This document shows positions 26,098 to 38,130 of a stretch of 64,000 bases of DNA, piece after piece. Source of the DNA: Octopus sinensis (taxonomy: Eukaryota); contig NC_043011.1 in assembly GCF_006345805.1 (NCBI RefSeq), forward strand, positions 31,508,464-31,572,463, written 5' to 3'. The stretch's first letter is position 1. Every line of letters begins with the position of its first letter. The position numbers were made by a program, and so were the translations under genes. The notes below the pieces were generated by a model, which was not told where the DNA came from, searched no databases, and saw only the letters and a list, made by a program, of their open reading frames with translations.

Positions 26098-26665
26098 TTG
26101 GGTTGTCCGGAAAGTTCGTGCCGATTTATAGTAGCTTACCTTTCGACATATTTTAGAACATGGTTCAGTCCATGAAATAGGATTTGACTACACTTCCATT
26201 TAGAGCACAGTTTAAGCTACCTTTTCGCGGAAGAAAGTTTATTCCCTATAACCTATGTTAATTCTGTAACCCTTTAAAATGGAAGATAAGAAAGTTCATT
26301 TTCGGCACTTAATGCTTTGGGAACCAGACAAAAATTGCTGCAGCTCGGCTGGGATGTGTTACCCCACCCTCCATATTCACCAGATATTGCTCCTTCGGAT
26401 TTCCACTTATTCAGGTCTCTGCAGAATAGTCTTAATGGTAAACATTTCAATTCCTTGGATGACGTAAAAAGATACCTTGATGAATTCTTTTCTAATAAAC
26501 CACCTCAATTCTGGGAAGAGGGTATTTTCAAGTTAAAGGAAATATGGAGATGCATTGTGCAACAAAATGGTTCATATTTGGTTGATTATAAATATAATAA
26601 TGGAAAGTATTTATTGACCTTCTTCTTTACTTTAAAAATCAGCACGAACTTTCCAGACAACCCAA
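26098..26665 (+). mobile_element. Internally deleted mariner element
   Basis: 30-bp TIRs ttgggttgtccggaaagttcgtgccgattt (28/30) and TA flanks. N-terminus MEDKKVHFRHLMLWE joined to C-terminus LGWDVLPHPPYSPDIAPSDFHLFRSLQNSL. Confidence 0.95.
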
Positions 26666-27285
26666 TAGTTTGAATTGAAGCGAAAATAGTCTCCCGAGTC
26701 TGTGCAACAGAGGTTTTAGTGCGTTTGTCAGCTAATCGATGCATCCTATGCTCGCGTGTCCCCTGAAACCGTGTGACAAAGGCTCGTGTTCGCATATCGT
26801 CAAATCTATTCCTTCACTATTCGGTTGTATCCTGAGCTTGCTGCTGATGCTTTGCGAGGGTCTTTCGATTCTATTCCCCAAGTAAAATTTCTTGCTTTTT
26901 ATGTATCTACATAGGAACAAAAGAGTGAAATGATGTAAAAGTGTTACTATTGCAGTATTTCAATACACACTATCAAGATATGACTTGTTTTGGGTCGGAT
27001 TAATAATACTGACATACATGTATGAACGAATGCATTCAATTTCATTAAACGGACTCGTTATTTGTACTTGAATCACTTTACCCACTCGCAATCTTTCATC
27101 ATCTCTCCATTACAATGCGTGGGTTCTAACAGGAAGAAGGCTACAAAATGTAAATAATTCGCCCACCCATTTGACCAATAAGGATGAATTATTGTGTACG
27201 CATGGAAAATAAATACTGGCCTGTTATTTTCAAATGGCGCATTTGTAATGGGCACCAAAGACGTTTTTAAAATGTCACTTCCTAT

Positions 27286-27286
<1 letters not shown>

Positions 27287-27321
<35 letters not shown>

Positions 27322-27377
27322 TATATACATACATACATGCATACATACATACATACATACATACATACATACATACA

Positions 27378-27409
<32 letters not shown>

Positions 27410-27425
27410 CATACATACATACATA
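27287..27425. repeat. (TTAG)n plus (TACA)n microsatellite
   Basis: Read directly from the sequence. Confidence 0.95.
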
Positions 27426-27427
27426 TA

Positions 27428-28653
27428 TTCAAATAAGAAAATGAAGAGGATGGATAAAAATTTACGTACTGATGTTTTTTTTTTAAAGGCATTCAAATTC
27501 ATACGTAGAAACTCTTAATTACAGCTGTTTCCATACCCAGTTCTTTAATTTCAGAAATAAAATTCCATATTCGAAACCAGTGAATTGCGTATATAGTGTA
27601 AATAGAAAAATGTTGTTTACAAGTGTAAGGTATATTCTGAAGGTAGAAATTACGTTTATATTGGTGCTACGCAAAATTTTATTAGGAAACGTGTTTTTAA
27701 CCATATTTACACCTTTGATAATAAAAAGAGGTCTGCTTCCGCTAGCTTTGGTAAATTTATTTGGGATTTAAAGGATAACAAAAAAAGCTTTTCGACAGAG
27801 TGGGAAATTATAAGCAGGGCCACTACTTATAAACCTGGAAAGTCTTTCTGTTTTCTTTGTTTAGAAGAACTGTATTTGATTTGATTTTCTAGAAGACGTC
27901 TATCAAATACTAAGATGGGAATTGGATTTTCTTGTGTCCATGCATCAAAATGGACATTCAGGAACTATCATTAGGTTTGTAGTAGTCATTGATAATTGCT
28001 TATATTAAAGAGATATGTGTGTAAATTTTCAGTAGGTAAAATCTGGTAATATGTGGGTTCCGTTTGGGTTTACTTGGTACGTATAGACCGTGTATTTGAG
28101 CAGAAATTGATTGACGTTGGAATTTTGGATGGAGTTGGGTGGAGTTTGATATAATATATTTTGATAATTTGTAGTTTAATTGACAGGAATATGCGCAACG
28201 AATTGACGTATCTAGCTGCTATCACCTTAACAATCAATATATAACTTTCTCCCCCATTCACTAGTTTTATCTACTAATTTTTTCTCTCGATAATGTCTGT
28301 ATCTTAATTTCCATTGATGGTTCATTGATAACCATTAATGAACTATTGTGTATCATATTGGCACGAGCAAGGATGTGTTGAATGTGTTTATTTTTGTATA
28401 TATGTAGTAATGACGGTTTCTATGGAACGTTTGTCGTAGGTTAGCCTACACGTTGTTTAATGACTTCTTTCTGAGATTCTCCCTGAGGATATACCCAATT
28501 CACTGGTTTCGAATATGTAATTTTATTTCTGAAATTAAAGAATTGGGTTTGGAAACAGCTGTAAGCAGGGATTTCTATTCATGAATTTGAATGTCTTTCA
28601 ATAAAAACATCAGTACGCAAATGTTTATCCATTTTCTTCACTTTCTTATTTAA
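27428..28653. mobile_element. ~1.2-kb element with ~165-bp terminal inverted repeats (long-TIR, MULE/foldback-like)
   Basis: 27428-27594 aligns with the revcomp of 28489-28653 along its full length, e.g. ttctttaatttcagaaataaaatt.catattcgaaaccagtgaattg. AT-rich non-coding interior. No TSD resolved. Confidence 0.7.
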
Positions 28654-28759
28654 AAAGGTTTATTTAAATACCTATACATTTCAGTGATAAACTAATATAC
28701 TAGGTTTTCTCTGAACGCTGGTATAAACCGGTGAACTAGGATGCTCGCATCCCTTAAGG

Positions 28760-29200
28760 GACTTTGGTTCATTAATCATCTATAGTAATGCCCATGTGTG
28801 ACATCGTAGTTAAAGGATGCTAGTCGCCATTCTTCACTAGAAAAAGGTCTAAATTCCGACCTGACTTGTCGTTGTTCTCTGGAGTGGGCATTTCTGGCTG
28901 CGTTACTTTGAAGTTGTTCTGTTAACACCTGTTCTCTTAAGCGGCCTTTTCTATCGCTTTGAGACTCCAATCTCCAATCTCCGTCGTTTCTACTCTTGTG
29001 TCTCATGTTTTCTTAAGAGGGTTTGTCTGATTGTCTCAAACTGAAGTTTTACTTCTCGTTGCTCTTGTGTCTCCACAGCATTTCGTTGTCTCTGTGATTG
29101 GAACCTGTCCTGTCTTTCTTCCTGTTTGCCTAGCCCTTTTTCTTCTTGAGCGTCAGGCTTCAGATGATTGAAAAGAATTAGGTTGTCTTCTACGCATCAT
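28760..29200 (-). pseudogene. Probable Helitron Rep/Hel N-terminal remnant
   Basis: R/E/Q-rich heptad-like stretch followed by NAARNAHSR..EWRLASFNYD, resembling the Helitron N-terminal AF(N/H)YD motif. Confidence 0.5.
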
Positions 29201-29568
29201 ATTGAATGTTCCAAAGTAAAACATCTAAAAAGGCAAAATTAATTCCGTAATATTCAATTCATATTTTGTTCTTTCTAAATTCAATCATGTGGTTTATTTC
29301 ATTCTACCAAGCTTCATAAAAATCGGCCCAGTATAACAATTATACATTTTATAGATATCACCAAACTTCACAAAAACGAAAATACGATTGCTTTAAATCA
29401 TAGCACATGTACACAAGGAATGTTCAAATTACCATATAGTAGACGACTATATATGTATGTATGTACACACACACACACACACAAATACATGCATGTGTGT
29501 GTATGTATGTATATATGTATATATATATATATATATTATATATATATATATAAACATAGAAACACAAA

Positions 29569-29628
<60 letters not shown>

Positions 29629-30273
29629 TAGCTATGGTCTGGTTGGGTGTGACGTTGGGGGTATTTCCAGAGAAGCGCTCAAACCGAATACCGAGCTGTA
29701 AACACTGTCGGGGTCCAAGCCAAAGTCGAAATATTTCAGATGTAGAAAATCCAAGCTTCACAATATTAGCATACCTTTTTATACAAATCTAATGAAATGC
29801 CTCTCCAATGTTTAAAACCGCAAATATTACGGCTGCAAATGGACATGGTACGGAAAAATTTGTAATTTATGTTTAAAGATGTGTTAAAGAATTTTCTTTG
29901 CCTTGTTCTTTTCATTGGATATAAATATATAATACAGAATGGGACAAGAACGCAAAACATCCAGACAGTTAGGTGATACAAAAAAGAGATAACAAAACAT
30001 CCAGATAGACGATACAAAGAAAACAAGGACGGGTCATTCTGAGTTTTCTTTCCTCAGTCGAGTTCGAGATTATCTTTGCAATTTCGGCTGGTTATACTCG
30101 AGATTGCTCCAATCTGGCCAACCCCAAGGAAAAACTAAGCTAAGAGCATTAGATTCCTTGGAAGAAAGCAGTGATTGTATACGAAAACAAGGACGAAAAA
30201 AAAAACGGAGAATGTTACACAAATACAAATAACATGACATAAACAACAGGTGTCTTTCGATTTATATATATAT

Positions 30274-30545
30274 AACAATTGCAGCGTGGAAGGTGTTTAT
30301 AAGCCATTCAAGAAACACACAAAACCGTTAGATTCACTTCAACATTTAAATTTAATTTGTCAAAATATTTTCTTCGCTTTGAGACCGCGACCTGTTCACT
30401 GACAAAACTTCGTGCTGCATCTGACAAATTAAATTAAAATGTTGAAGTGAATCTAACGGTTTTGTGTGTTTCTTAAATGGCTTCCACGCTGCAATTGTTT
30501 TCGTTCCAGCACACGATCTCAGATCAAGTCACTCGCTATGCAAGT
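30274..30545. mobile_element. Penelope-like terminal repeat as an inverted pair
   Basis: Arms 30274-30362 and 30422-30499 are near-identical inverted copies, with a 10-bp indel. The minus copy includes a hammerhead-like fold. Confidence 0.7.
30356..30406 (-). ncRNA. Hammerhead-topology motif with non-canonical core
   Basis: tttgtca | GTGAACAG g | tcgc-ggtctcaaa-gcga a | GAAA | atat TTT | tgacaaa. 7-bp stem I, 4-bp stem II, palindromic stem III (aaatattt). Core differs from CUGANGA. Confidence 0.45.
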
Positions 30546-30749
30546 ACATATATATATATATATATATATAGTTCACAGATGAAATCCAGGTATTCTCTGT
30601 ATAAAAGACAGTATTGTTCAAAATATTCAAATTTAGACTCCGATGTCTTTACAAGAGATCATTCCACAAGCTAAAAGAGGGATGAGGCTGAGCAGATACT
30701 GAAGCAATTACTGGGTCAAGCAAATTAGACACATCAAATATATTAAATA

Positions 30750-30934
30750 TAGTTCTACATTTAAAAGACGAGGAATTATGTACATTATTTACATTATTTA
30801 CATTTGACGGATATTTGTCCTCTTCTTCTTTGTTACTAACACAACGTTTCGGCTCATATACCCTATAGCCTTCATCAGGTGTCTTGGGGAAATTTCTCAT
30901 TCCTAAGATATTTTTCGATGTTCTTCTTCTTCTT

Positions 30935-30965
<31 letters not shown>

Positions 30966-31065
30966 TTATTATTATTATTATTATTCAGGCCACTGCCTGG
31001 AATCGAACTCGGAATTTTGGGGTTAATAGCCCGAGCTCTTAACCACTGCGCCATATGCCCGTGGG
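30750..31065 (-). mobile_element. tRNA-headed SINE-like element with hammerhead ribozyme and Penelope-type tail
   Basis: A box tggcgcagtgg (31043-31053) and B box gagttcgattcc (30999-31010), (TAA)n(GAA)n linker, then CTGATGA..GAAA motif and AT-rich tail. Confidence 0.8.
30838..30883 (-). ncRNA. Minimal type I hammerhead ribozyme
   Basis: gacac CTGATGA a ggct-atagggtatatg-agcc GAAA cGTT gtgtt. Stem I gacac/gtgtt, stem II ggct/agcc, palindromic loop-less stem III AACGTT, predicted cleavage after GUU (30843). Confidence 0.75.
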
Positions 31066-31075
31066 CACATGGCAT

Positions 31076-31094
31076 AGTGACCTGAATAATAATA

Positions 31095-31146
<52 letters not shown>

Positions 31147-31236
31147 TAATAATAGTAACATCGAAAATACCTCAGGAATGAGAAAGTTCCCCAAGATACC
31201 TGATGAAGGTTGGAGGGTATACCAGCTGAAACGTTG
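31076..31236 (+). mobile_element. Inverted, head-less partial copy of the hammerhead SINE
   Basis: agtgacctgaat (TAA)n catcgaaaatacc..ccccaagatac CTGATGA..GAAAcgttg. Homology to the minus copy ends at 31236. Confidence 0.85.
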
Positions 31237-31800
31237 CAGAACAGCACTTGGCATCTCAGTGTCATGAGACTTTTCCCTAAGCACTTGCCAAACAGATGGA
31301 TTGGTTGTGCTGGACGAGATGATCAGGTGTACGCGTGTATGAGTGTGTAAATGTGTATGTGTGCGCGCATATTTGTATACATTTGGTAGATCGATGAAAT
31401 CTGAAAAATATGTTATTCTTGGAAAAGGAAATAATATTTCGAAAACAAATGAGTTTATTATTTAATTTCATATTTGTATGAAACTGATAAACTAAATTTG
31501 CCTGCATTTAACGTCTTTAACTGTCAATCACTCCCATTACGTTTGTTGTTTGAACTTTCTTTTCCCATCGTAACAGACGTGTCCACAAATTATCTTTACA
31601 ACTTCTAAACTTCCGAACTTCAAATTGTAAAGGTAATTTATGCTCCACCACAAAACTCGTTTTTGGAAAAAGAAATATCCACAGTGAACATGACGGTAGT
31701 CAGATTAGTTGAAAATACACGAAAAACTTAATATATTACCTATTTTATTTAGAGAAAATAGCGGTCTACACGCAAACAAACTATGCTTTGCATTCACACA

Positions 31801-31857
<57 letters not shown>

Positions 31858-31858
<1 letters not shown>

Positions 31859-32111
31859 TCTTTAATTCTTTTATTCTTTTACTTGTTTCAGTTATTTGAC
31901 TGCAGCCGTGCTGAAGCACCACCTTGAACGGTTTTAGTCGAAGAAATCGACCTCGGGACCTATTTCCTGAGTCTAGTACTTATTCTATGGGAGGGAGGAC
32001 AAACATTGACACAAAGACACACACACATAAGTACATACATACACATACACACACACACACGACCACACACACCACATATATATATATATAATGGAAAAGA
32101 AACCTGTCGTG

Positions 32112-32154
<43 letters not shown>

Positions 32155-32305
32155 CGAGTTTCTTTCAGATTCATGTCTGCCCAATCCACTCACAAAGCTT
32201 TGGTCGTCCCGAGCTATAGTAGAAGACACTTGTTCAAGGTTTCACGCAGTGGGACTGAACCCGGAACTATGTGTTGGGAAAGTAAGCTCTTACCACACAT
32301 CCCAC
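31858..32305 (-). mobile_element. SINE family A, internally deleted
   Basis: Tail, internal CA/TA microsatellite and head all recognisable. Confidence 0.85.
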
Positions 32306-32318
32306 CACACATCCATGC

Positions 32319-32365
<47 letters not shown>

Positions 32366-32674
32366 CATATATATATGCATGCTTCTTCTATTTTCTAATT
32401 ATTATAAATATTCCACTGAGGATGGAGCCGGTTTCCAACAAAGATACAAGGCTCCATCTTTGAGATGTAGTTACCATGGACAAATTCACATTTATAACTT
32501 GAGAAAAACCTTGCATATTTTTACTGTTCTACTCACAGATTGTACTTGTAATGTACGAATCAGCCGGTCAATTTCTCTTCCTGAAAATCCTAGTTTATCT
32601 AGATTTTCCTTCAAGCATTTATTGACAAAATCTAGTGCTCCAATTATTGTTGGTATGAACATGAATTCTTAGTC

Positions 32675-32705
<31 letters not shown>

Positions 32706-32977
32706 TGTATGTATGTATGTATGTATGTATGTATATGTACTTGTGCACACATATATTTACTGTAAATCGACTCGGGTGACTCGAATTTCACAAGTGCGTA
32801 GTGCTTATTAGATATGATAAGTGATCTGTACGAAACTTTCACCCCTTGAGTCACTTATATATAGCATTATATATTACACATTCTTCTTTTTTTACTCAAT
32901 TCTATTTCTCCTGTTTGTATTTTCTCATCACCAAGCCTGTATCATGCATACATACATACACACACACACAAACACAC

Positions 32978-33077
32978 NNNNNNNNNNNNNNNNNNNNNNN
33001 NNNNNNNNNNNNNNNNNNNNNNNNNNNNNNNNNNNNNNNNNNNNNNNNNNNNNNNNNNNNNNNNNNNNNNNNNNNNN
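32978..33077. other. Assembly gap (100 N)
   Basis: Run of n characters. Confidence 1.
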
Positions 33078-33198
33078 AAATCCATGATCAAAACGTACTC
33101 CGCTTCATTTATCACCCTAACCTTTCTCTTTCTGCTAGAAAGTATATCTAAGATCACATGACCTAATGGGTACTTTCGTCGGGGCAGTACGGCGTGAC

Positions 33199-33264
<66 letters not shown>

Positions 33265-33650
33265 AAGATAGAGAGAGAGTGAGTGAAAGAAAGAAAGGAA
33301 CAGAGAGAGAGTGAAAGAAAAAAAAGGAACAGAGAGAGAGAGAGAGAAAGAGGGAGATAGAGAGAGAGAGAGATGGTCGCCATTTGCAGTAAGCCGAGCG
33401 ACCATGCAAGCTGACTCGTTTACCTAGGATATAATATATATTACATTACAACTTACATGTTGCGCGTGTTGGTGTGTATATGTATGTATGTATGTATGTA
33501 TACATACATACATACATACATACATGCATGCATACATACATACATACATACATACATACATGCATGCATACATACATACATACATACATACATACATACA
33601 TACATACATACATACATAAATGCATGCATGCATGCATTCATATATAACAT
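33199..33650. repeat. (GA)n tract plus (TATG)/(TACA)n tracts
   Basis: Read directly from the sequence. Confidence 0.93.
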
Positions 33651-33825
33651 TACCTATAAATACAATATCTAGTGTATAATGTAGAGTAGATCTTGTCTAT
33701 ACATATATTTAATTTTCAGTAATAGCTCAGCCGCTATCGAGCAGACCTACGACAAAAGCTGTTCCAACCAATAACTTTCCCACTTTTTGTTTCAGGCACA
33801 ATTTTGCTGACTCGTATTTTCCAGA

Positions 33826-34221
33826 CTCTCTTTACTCTTTTACTCTTTTACTTGTTTCAGTCATTTGACTGCGGCCATGCTGGAGCACCGCCTTTTAGTC
33901 GAGCAAATCGACCCCGGGACTTATTCTTTGTAAGCCCAGTACTTATTCTATCGGTCTCTTTTGCCGAACCGCTAGGTGACGGGGACGTAAATACACCAGC
34001 ATCGGTTGTCAAGCAATGCTAGGGGGACAAACACACACATACATTATATACATATATACGACAGGCTTCTTTCAGTTTCCGTCTACCAAATCCACTCACA
34101 AGGCATTGGTCGGCCCAGGGCTATAGCAGAAGACACTTGCCCAAGATGCCACGCAGTGGGACTGAACCCGGAACCATGTGGTTGGTAAACAAGCTACTTA
34201 CCACACAGCCACTCCCGCGCC
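33826..34221 (-). mobile_element. SINE family A, near full length
   Basis: Collinear with other copies. The 19-bp 5' end is locally triplicated to about 34257. Confidence 0.93.
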
Positions 34222-34264
34222 TATCAGCCACTCCCGCGCCTATCAGCCACCCCCGCACTGTCTC

Positions 34265-34295
<31 letters not shown>

Positions 34296-34526
34296 TTATT
34301 TAAGACGATAGAGCATGGTCTGAATGAGATTTAGCTCGAGTTGAATAATGTTTGCGTAAGTGTTCGAGTTATAAAGTTTGTGAAAATCGATAAGGTTTTG
34401 CAGAAGGTGCGAGAAAATAATAGAATGATTGCCATTGTCTTAAAGGTAAATTTGATTGGTTGTTGTCACTGAGTAAGAAAAAAACATGAATGTGATTAAA
34501 CTGAATACTGAATAATACTCAAATTA

Positions 34527-34788
34527 AAATAAATAATAAATGCGCCCTTTTAAAGCCTAGCCAGGCTCATGGGTCCGGTTTCCCTGTTTCTATGGCGCAT
34601 GTGTTCCTCAGATGGACAGGATGCCAGTCCATCGCAGCGTTACTCATTTTTGCCAGTTGAGTGGACTGGAGCAACGTGAAATGAAGTGTTTTGCTCAAGA
34701 ACACAAGGCGTCACCCGGTCCAGGAATCGACACCACAATCTTACGATCATGATGCTGACAACCTAACCAGTAAGCCACGCGCCTCCAC
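34527..34788 (-). mobile_element. SINE family B (ggctaggctttaaaa tail)
   Basis: 13-bp TSD aatactcaaatta at 34514-34526 and 34789-34801. Confidence 0.93.
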
Positions 34789-34889
34789 AATACTCAAATT
34801 ATTTGACCTGAAATAATTGAGAAAATTTCTTTAAGGTGTGAATGATGCTTCGTATCAAAAATCTCTCGAACCGGTAAATTAATTATAAT

Positions 34890-35345
34890 TTCAAATTTTG
34901 GCACAAGCCAGCAATTTGGGGTTAAGTCGGTTACACTCAACTGGTTAAGTCGGTTACTGCTCAACTGGTTTTTGTTTGATTGACCCCGAAAAGATAAAAA
35001 TGCAAAGTTGGTGTCGGTGGTATTTGAATTCAGAACGTAAAGAAATAGAAAAAGTATTTGCTAACCATTTTGTACGACGCACGAACAATTCTGTCAGCTC
35101 ACCACCTAAGTCAGTAAATTAATAATTTTTGCTACCATAGGCACAAGGCCTGAAATTTTAAGGGAGGGAACTTGTAGATTACATCGACCCCAGTGATCAG
35201 CTAATATTTATTTTATCGACCTCGAAAGGATGAAAAGCAAAGTTAGCCTCAGCGGAATTTGAACTCAAAGCGTAAAGAGCCGAAAGAAGTGCCGCTAATC
35301 ATTTTGTCCGACGCTCGAACGATTCTGCCAGCTTGCTACCTTAGC
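34890..35345 (-). mobile_element. Two diverged SINE family C copies (ccttgtgcc tail type)
   Basis: Revcomp of the ttacgttctga.ttcaaat and ctttcatcctttcg.ggtcgataa motifs, seen twice. Confidence 0.75.
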
Positions 35346-36186
35346 CTGTTAATAAAATAATGGATGCAGTCTTTTCAGTAGGCAACTCTTTCTGGAAATT
35401 TGCAGACTAAATGTTATCAAAAGTTTTAATAATGTCAGGAATAACAGCCCCACTTTCGCTGAAATTGGTCGAGTTTTGGAGAATAAAGGCTTCTGTGATC
35501 AAAGGCATTTACGATTTTGGTTAGAAATTTGACTTGGAGAGACAGGACGGATTAATCTGTCCAGAAACGGCATATGTTTTGACATCTCCACCAGTTGGTT
35601 AAACTAACTCATGAGTTGTGCAGTTCACAGAATTATTGCTATGCTTTATGGCGTGATACAATCTAACTGGAACCTTGGATACACTAGAAATACTGCAACA
35701 GCTGTTATTTTTATAACTCTTTTTATTTGGACACGTAGTGTTCTGTGGTGGTCAGCAATCGTAAGGGAGACGACCCCTTCTAAATTAAGTTAAGGCGGAC
35801 TTGCAAGTTTAAATTTTAAAACAAAGAGTAAAGAAGATAATGCATAAAAGATACACATTTCATATTCCTTTTTTTTTCTAACATATTATAAAGATATTAA
35901 AGTGTTCAATTGTTAGTAGCCATGTTTAGCGCCAATCCATCCTTATTTGAAATTGTCAGCATAGTATAACCCCAAGCAAATAAATTATTAGACTGTGGCC
36001 AAGCTGGGGCACCGTTTTCAAGACCGTATTTTGTTATATCAGCTCCAGTATCTTACTGATACTTATTTTACCACTTTTACCTTGGAAAGATGACGACAAA
36101 TTCGGCTTTGGATTTGAGCTCAGAATACAGAGACGTAACGAAATATTACAAATCATCATCTTCGACGCTCAACTGATTCTGCCATT

Positions 36187-36232
36187 CACACACACACACA
36201 CGCACACACACACACACACACACACAAACGCA

Positions 36233-36272
<40 letters not shown>

Positions 36273-36308
36273 CGCACGCACGCACACACACACACCACAC
36301 ACACACAC

Positions 36309-36352
<44 letters not shown>
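36187..36352. repeat. (CA)n microsatellite
   Basis: Read directly from the sequence. Confidence 0.97.
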
Positions 36353-36357
<5 letters not shown>

Positions 36358-36611
36358 CATATATTGAGAAGAAATAACTCCAACGAAGAGAGGATACTGA
36401 AAATTGTGGTATTTATACCTTATCTATTAGAGTTTGTAAAAAATGGTTGTAAACGAGAATGAAAACGTGGTCGAAGTTTCGACTTCTCCAGAAACTATAT
36501 CTTACTCGACGAGTCAATGAAGAGTCTCTAAGTAATCGCTAAGGTCACGTAGAAATAGTAGCAAAATCTTCCACAACGGCAACCCCATATATCATATTGG
36601 ATAATATGACG

Positions 36612-36831
36612 ATCTTTCGTCTCTTGTAGACCTTTCCGTCGATTTCCGTAAAAATTTTTTTTTTTTACATATGGGCTTGCGGGAACTTTTGAAGTAATAT
36701 ACATACATATACACATACACCGAGTAAAAAATTTCAGTTATCTCTTTCTTTCACACATTACTCTGTCTCTTCACACACACTAACAGAAGCACTTCACTTA
36801 CACAACATACTGTCTGTCTCCCACACCCCAT

Positions 36832-36871
<40 letters not shown>

Positions 36872-37040
36872 CATCAATGCTTCCCATGCACGGTAACTTC
36901 AAAAGAACTTCCCTCGTCATACAATTGCTTTCTCTTAGTCTCTTTCGCCCTCATTACTTCAAAAGTTCCCGCAAGCCCATATGTAAAAAAAAAAATTTTT
37001 TTACGGAAATCGACAGAAAGGTCTACTAGAGACGAAAGAT
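36612..37040. mobile_element. Interspersed repeat bounded by ~88-bp inverted repeats
   Basis: Arms 36612-36698 and 36953-37040. The interior recurs at 58770-59060. Confidence 0.7.
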
Positions 37041-37895
37041 TGTCGATAATATTGTTCAACATATATTGTTCCGTTAGAAAAATATCTTTTGGTCATATCG
37101 CGGTTGATTTAGAGACTTAATCACAACGACTTCATACGCCACGTCACTCACATTATTTTTACCTTAAGTTTTATTTGCGGATCTAATTGTTCTCACACAA
37201 ACTGTTTATTTTCCGGATGTATCCCCAATGACTAACATGTGTTGTCATATTACTGTTACCGTAGGTCTGGAAAAAACAACAAAAGTTTTATTGCGTTAGC
37301 AAATATGAACATATCTGATTACCAAACGGATTCTAGAACAGATCCTGAATCATACGATATCGTTGAATGCAGAAGCGACTTTCCGGACTTATTAAGTTAC
37401 TAAGCGGATAACCTCACTGTTCGAAATGGATGTGACATTATGGAGTCCGTAGAGAAATTGTAACCGTATTGGGCTTTCACACTATTTTATGTTTGATTAT
37501 TATTATTATTATTAATATATTGCTGTCCGTTAAAAATGTGACATTGATAAAATATGTCAGAAAGCTATGGAGATGTTTTGTTAATCATACATTTGTATGC
37601 TGAATGTCCAAAAAGTTTATGTTCAGTTACTTTTAAAATGGTATGTTACGTCACTAGTGCCATACCATTGTATCGGCATCTGCCAGGCGCGGTTTACCCT
37701 AACTAAAACTATAAATATTTATCAACAGATATATGGAGTTAATCCACCACAAAGTTCAATCTTTGTTGTGGTGCGGCGGCTTGGGTGCTTCACTAACCCT
37801 TCCTGAGAACTATGCCAGCGGTGCATAACTTCCTAGTAGAGTCTCCCTTGTTGGACTCATGTATACATAAGTGTGTATATACATAAGTATGTGTA

Positions 37896-38057
37896 GAGGC
37901 GCAATGGCCTAGTGGTTAGGGCAGCGGACTCGCGGTCGCAGGATCGAGGTTTCGATTCTCAGACTGGGCGTTGTGTGTGTTTATTGAGCGAAAACACCTA
38001 AAAGCTCTACGAGGCTCTGGCAGGGGGTGGTGATCCCTGCTGTACTCTTTCACCACA
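37896..38057 (+). mobile_element. SINE family D, 5' half
   Basis: A box tggcctagtgg, B box gtttcgattc. Homologous to 41317-41478. Confidence 0.85.
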
Positions 38058-38130
38058 ATGGCGGTGCCCCAGCATGGCCACAGCTCAAGAGCTGAAACTG
38101 GAAAAACAAAAAACAAAAACAAAAAACAAT
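38058..38130 (+). mobile_element. ~50-bp tail-only retroposon
   Basis: Same 5' boundary atggcggtgcccc as the two other copies, with an A-rich tail. Confidence 0.8.

Noticed and set aside
27287-27320. (TTAG)n as an interstitial telomeric repeat
   Set aside because: Not TTAGGG or TTAGG; an ordinary tetranucleotide microsatellite.
30985-31065. tRNA gene calls for SINE heads (also 9485, 11563, 16735, 37896)
   Set aside because: A/B boxes are present but I could not fold a full cloverleaf with an acceptor stem, and each head runs into a repeat body.
32405-32465. CTGAGGA followed by a ggagcc/ggctcc stem, a possible third hammerhead
   Set aside because: No GAAA after stem II and no stem I partner; at best a decayed remnant. 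The similar motif near 30040-30065 (minus) is also too degenerate.
32821-33409. ORFs crossing the N run
   Set aside because: They span an assembly gap, so continuity is unknown.
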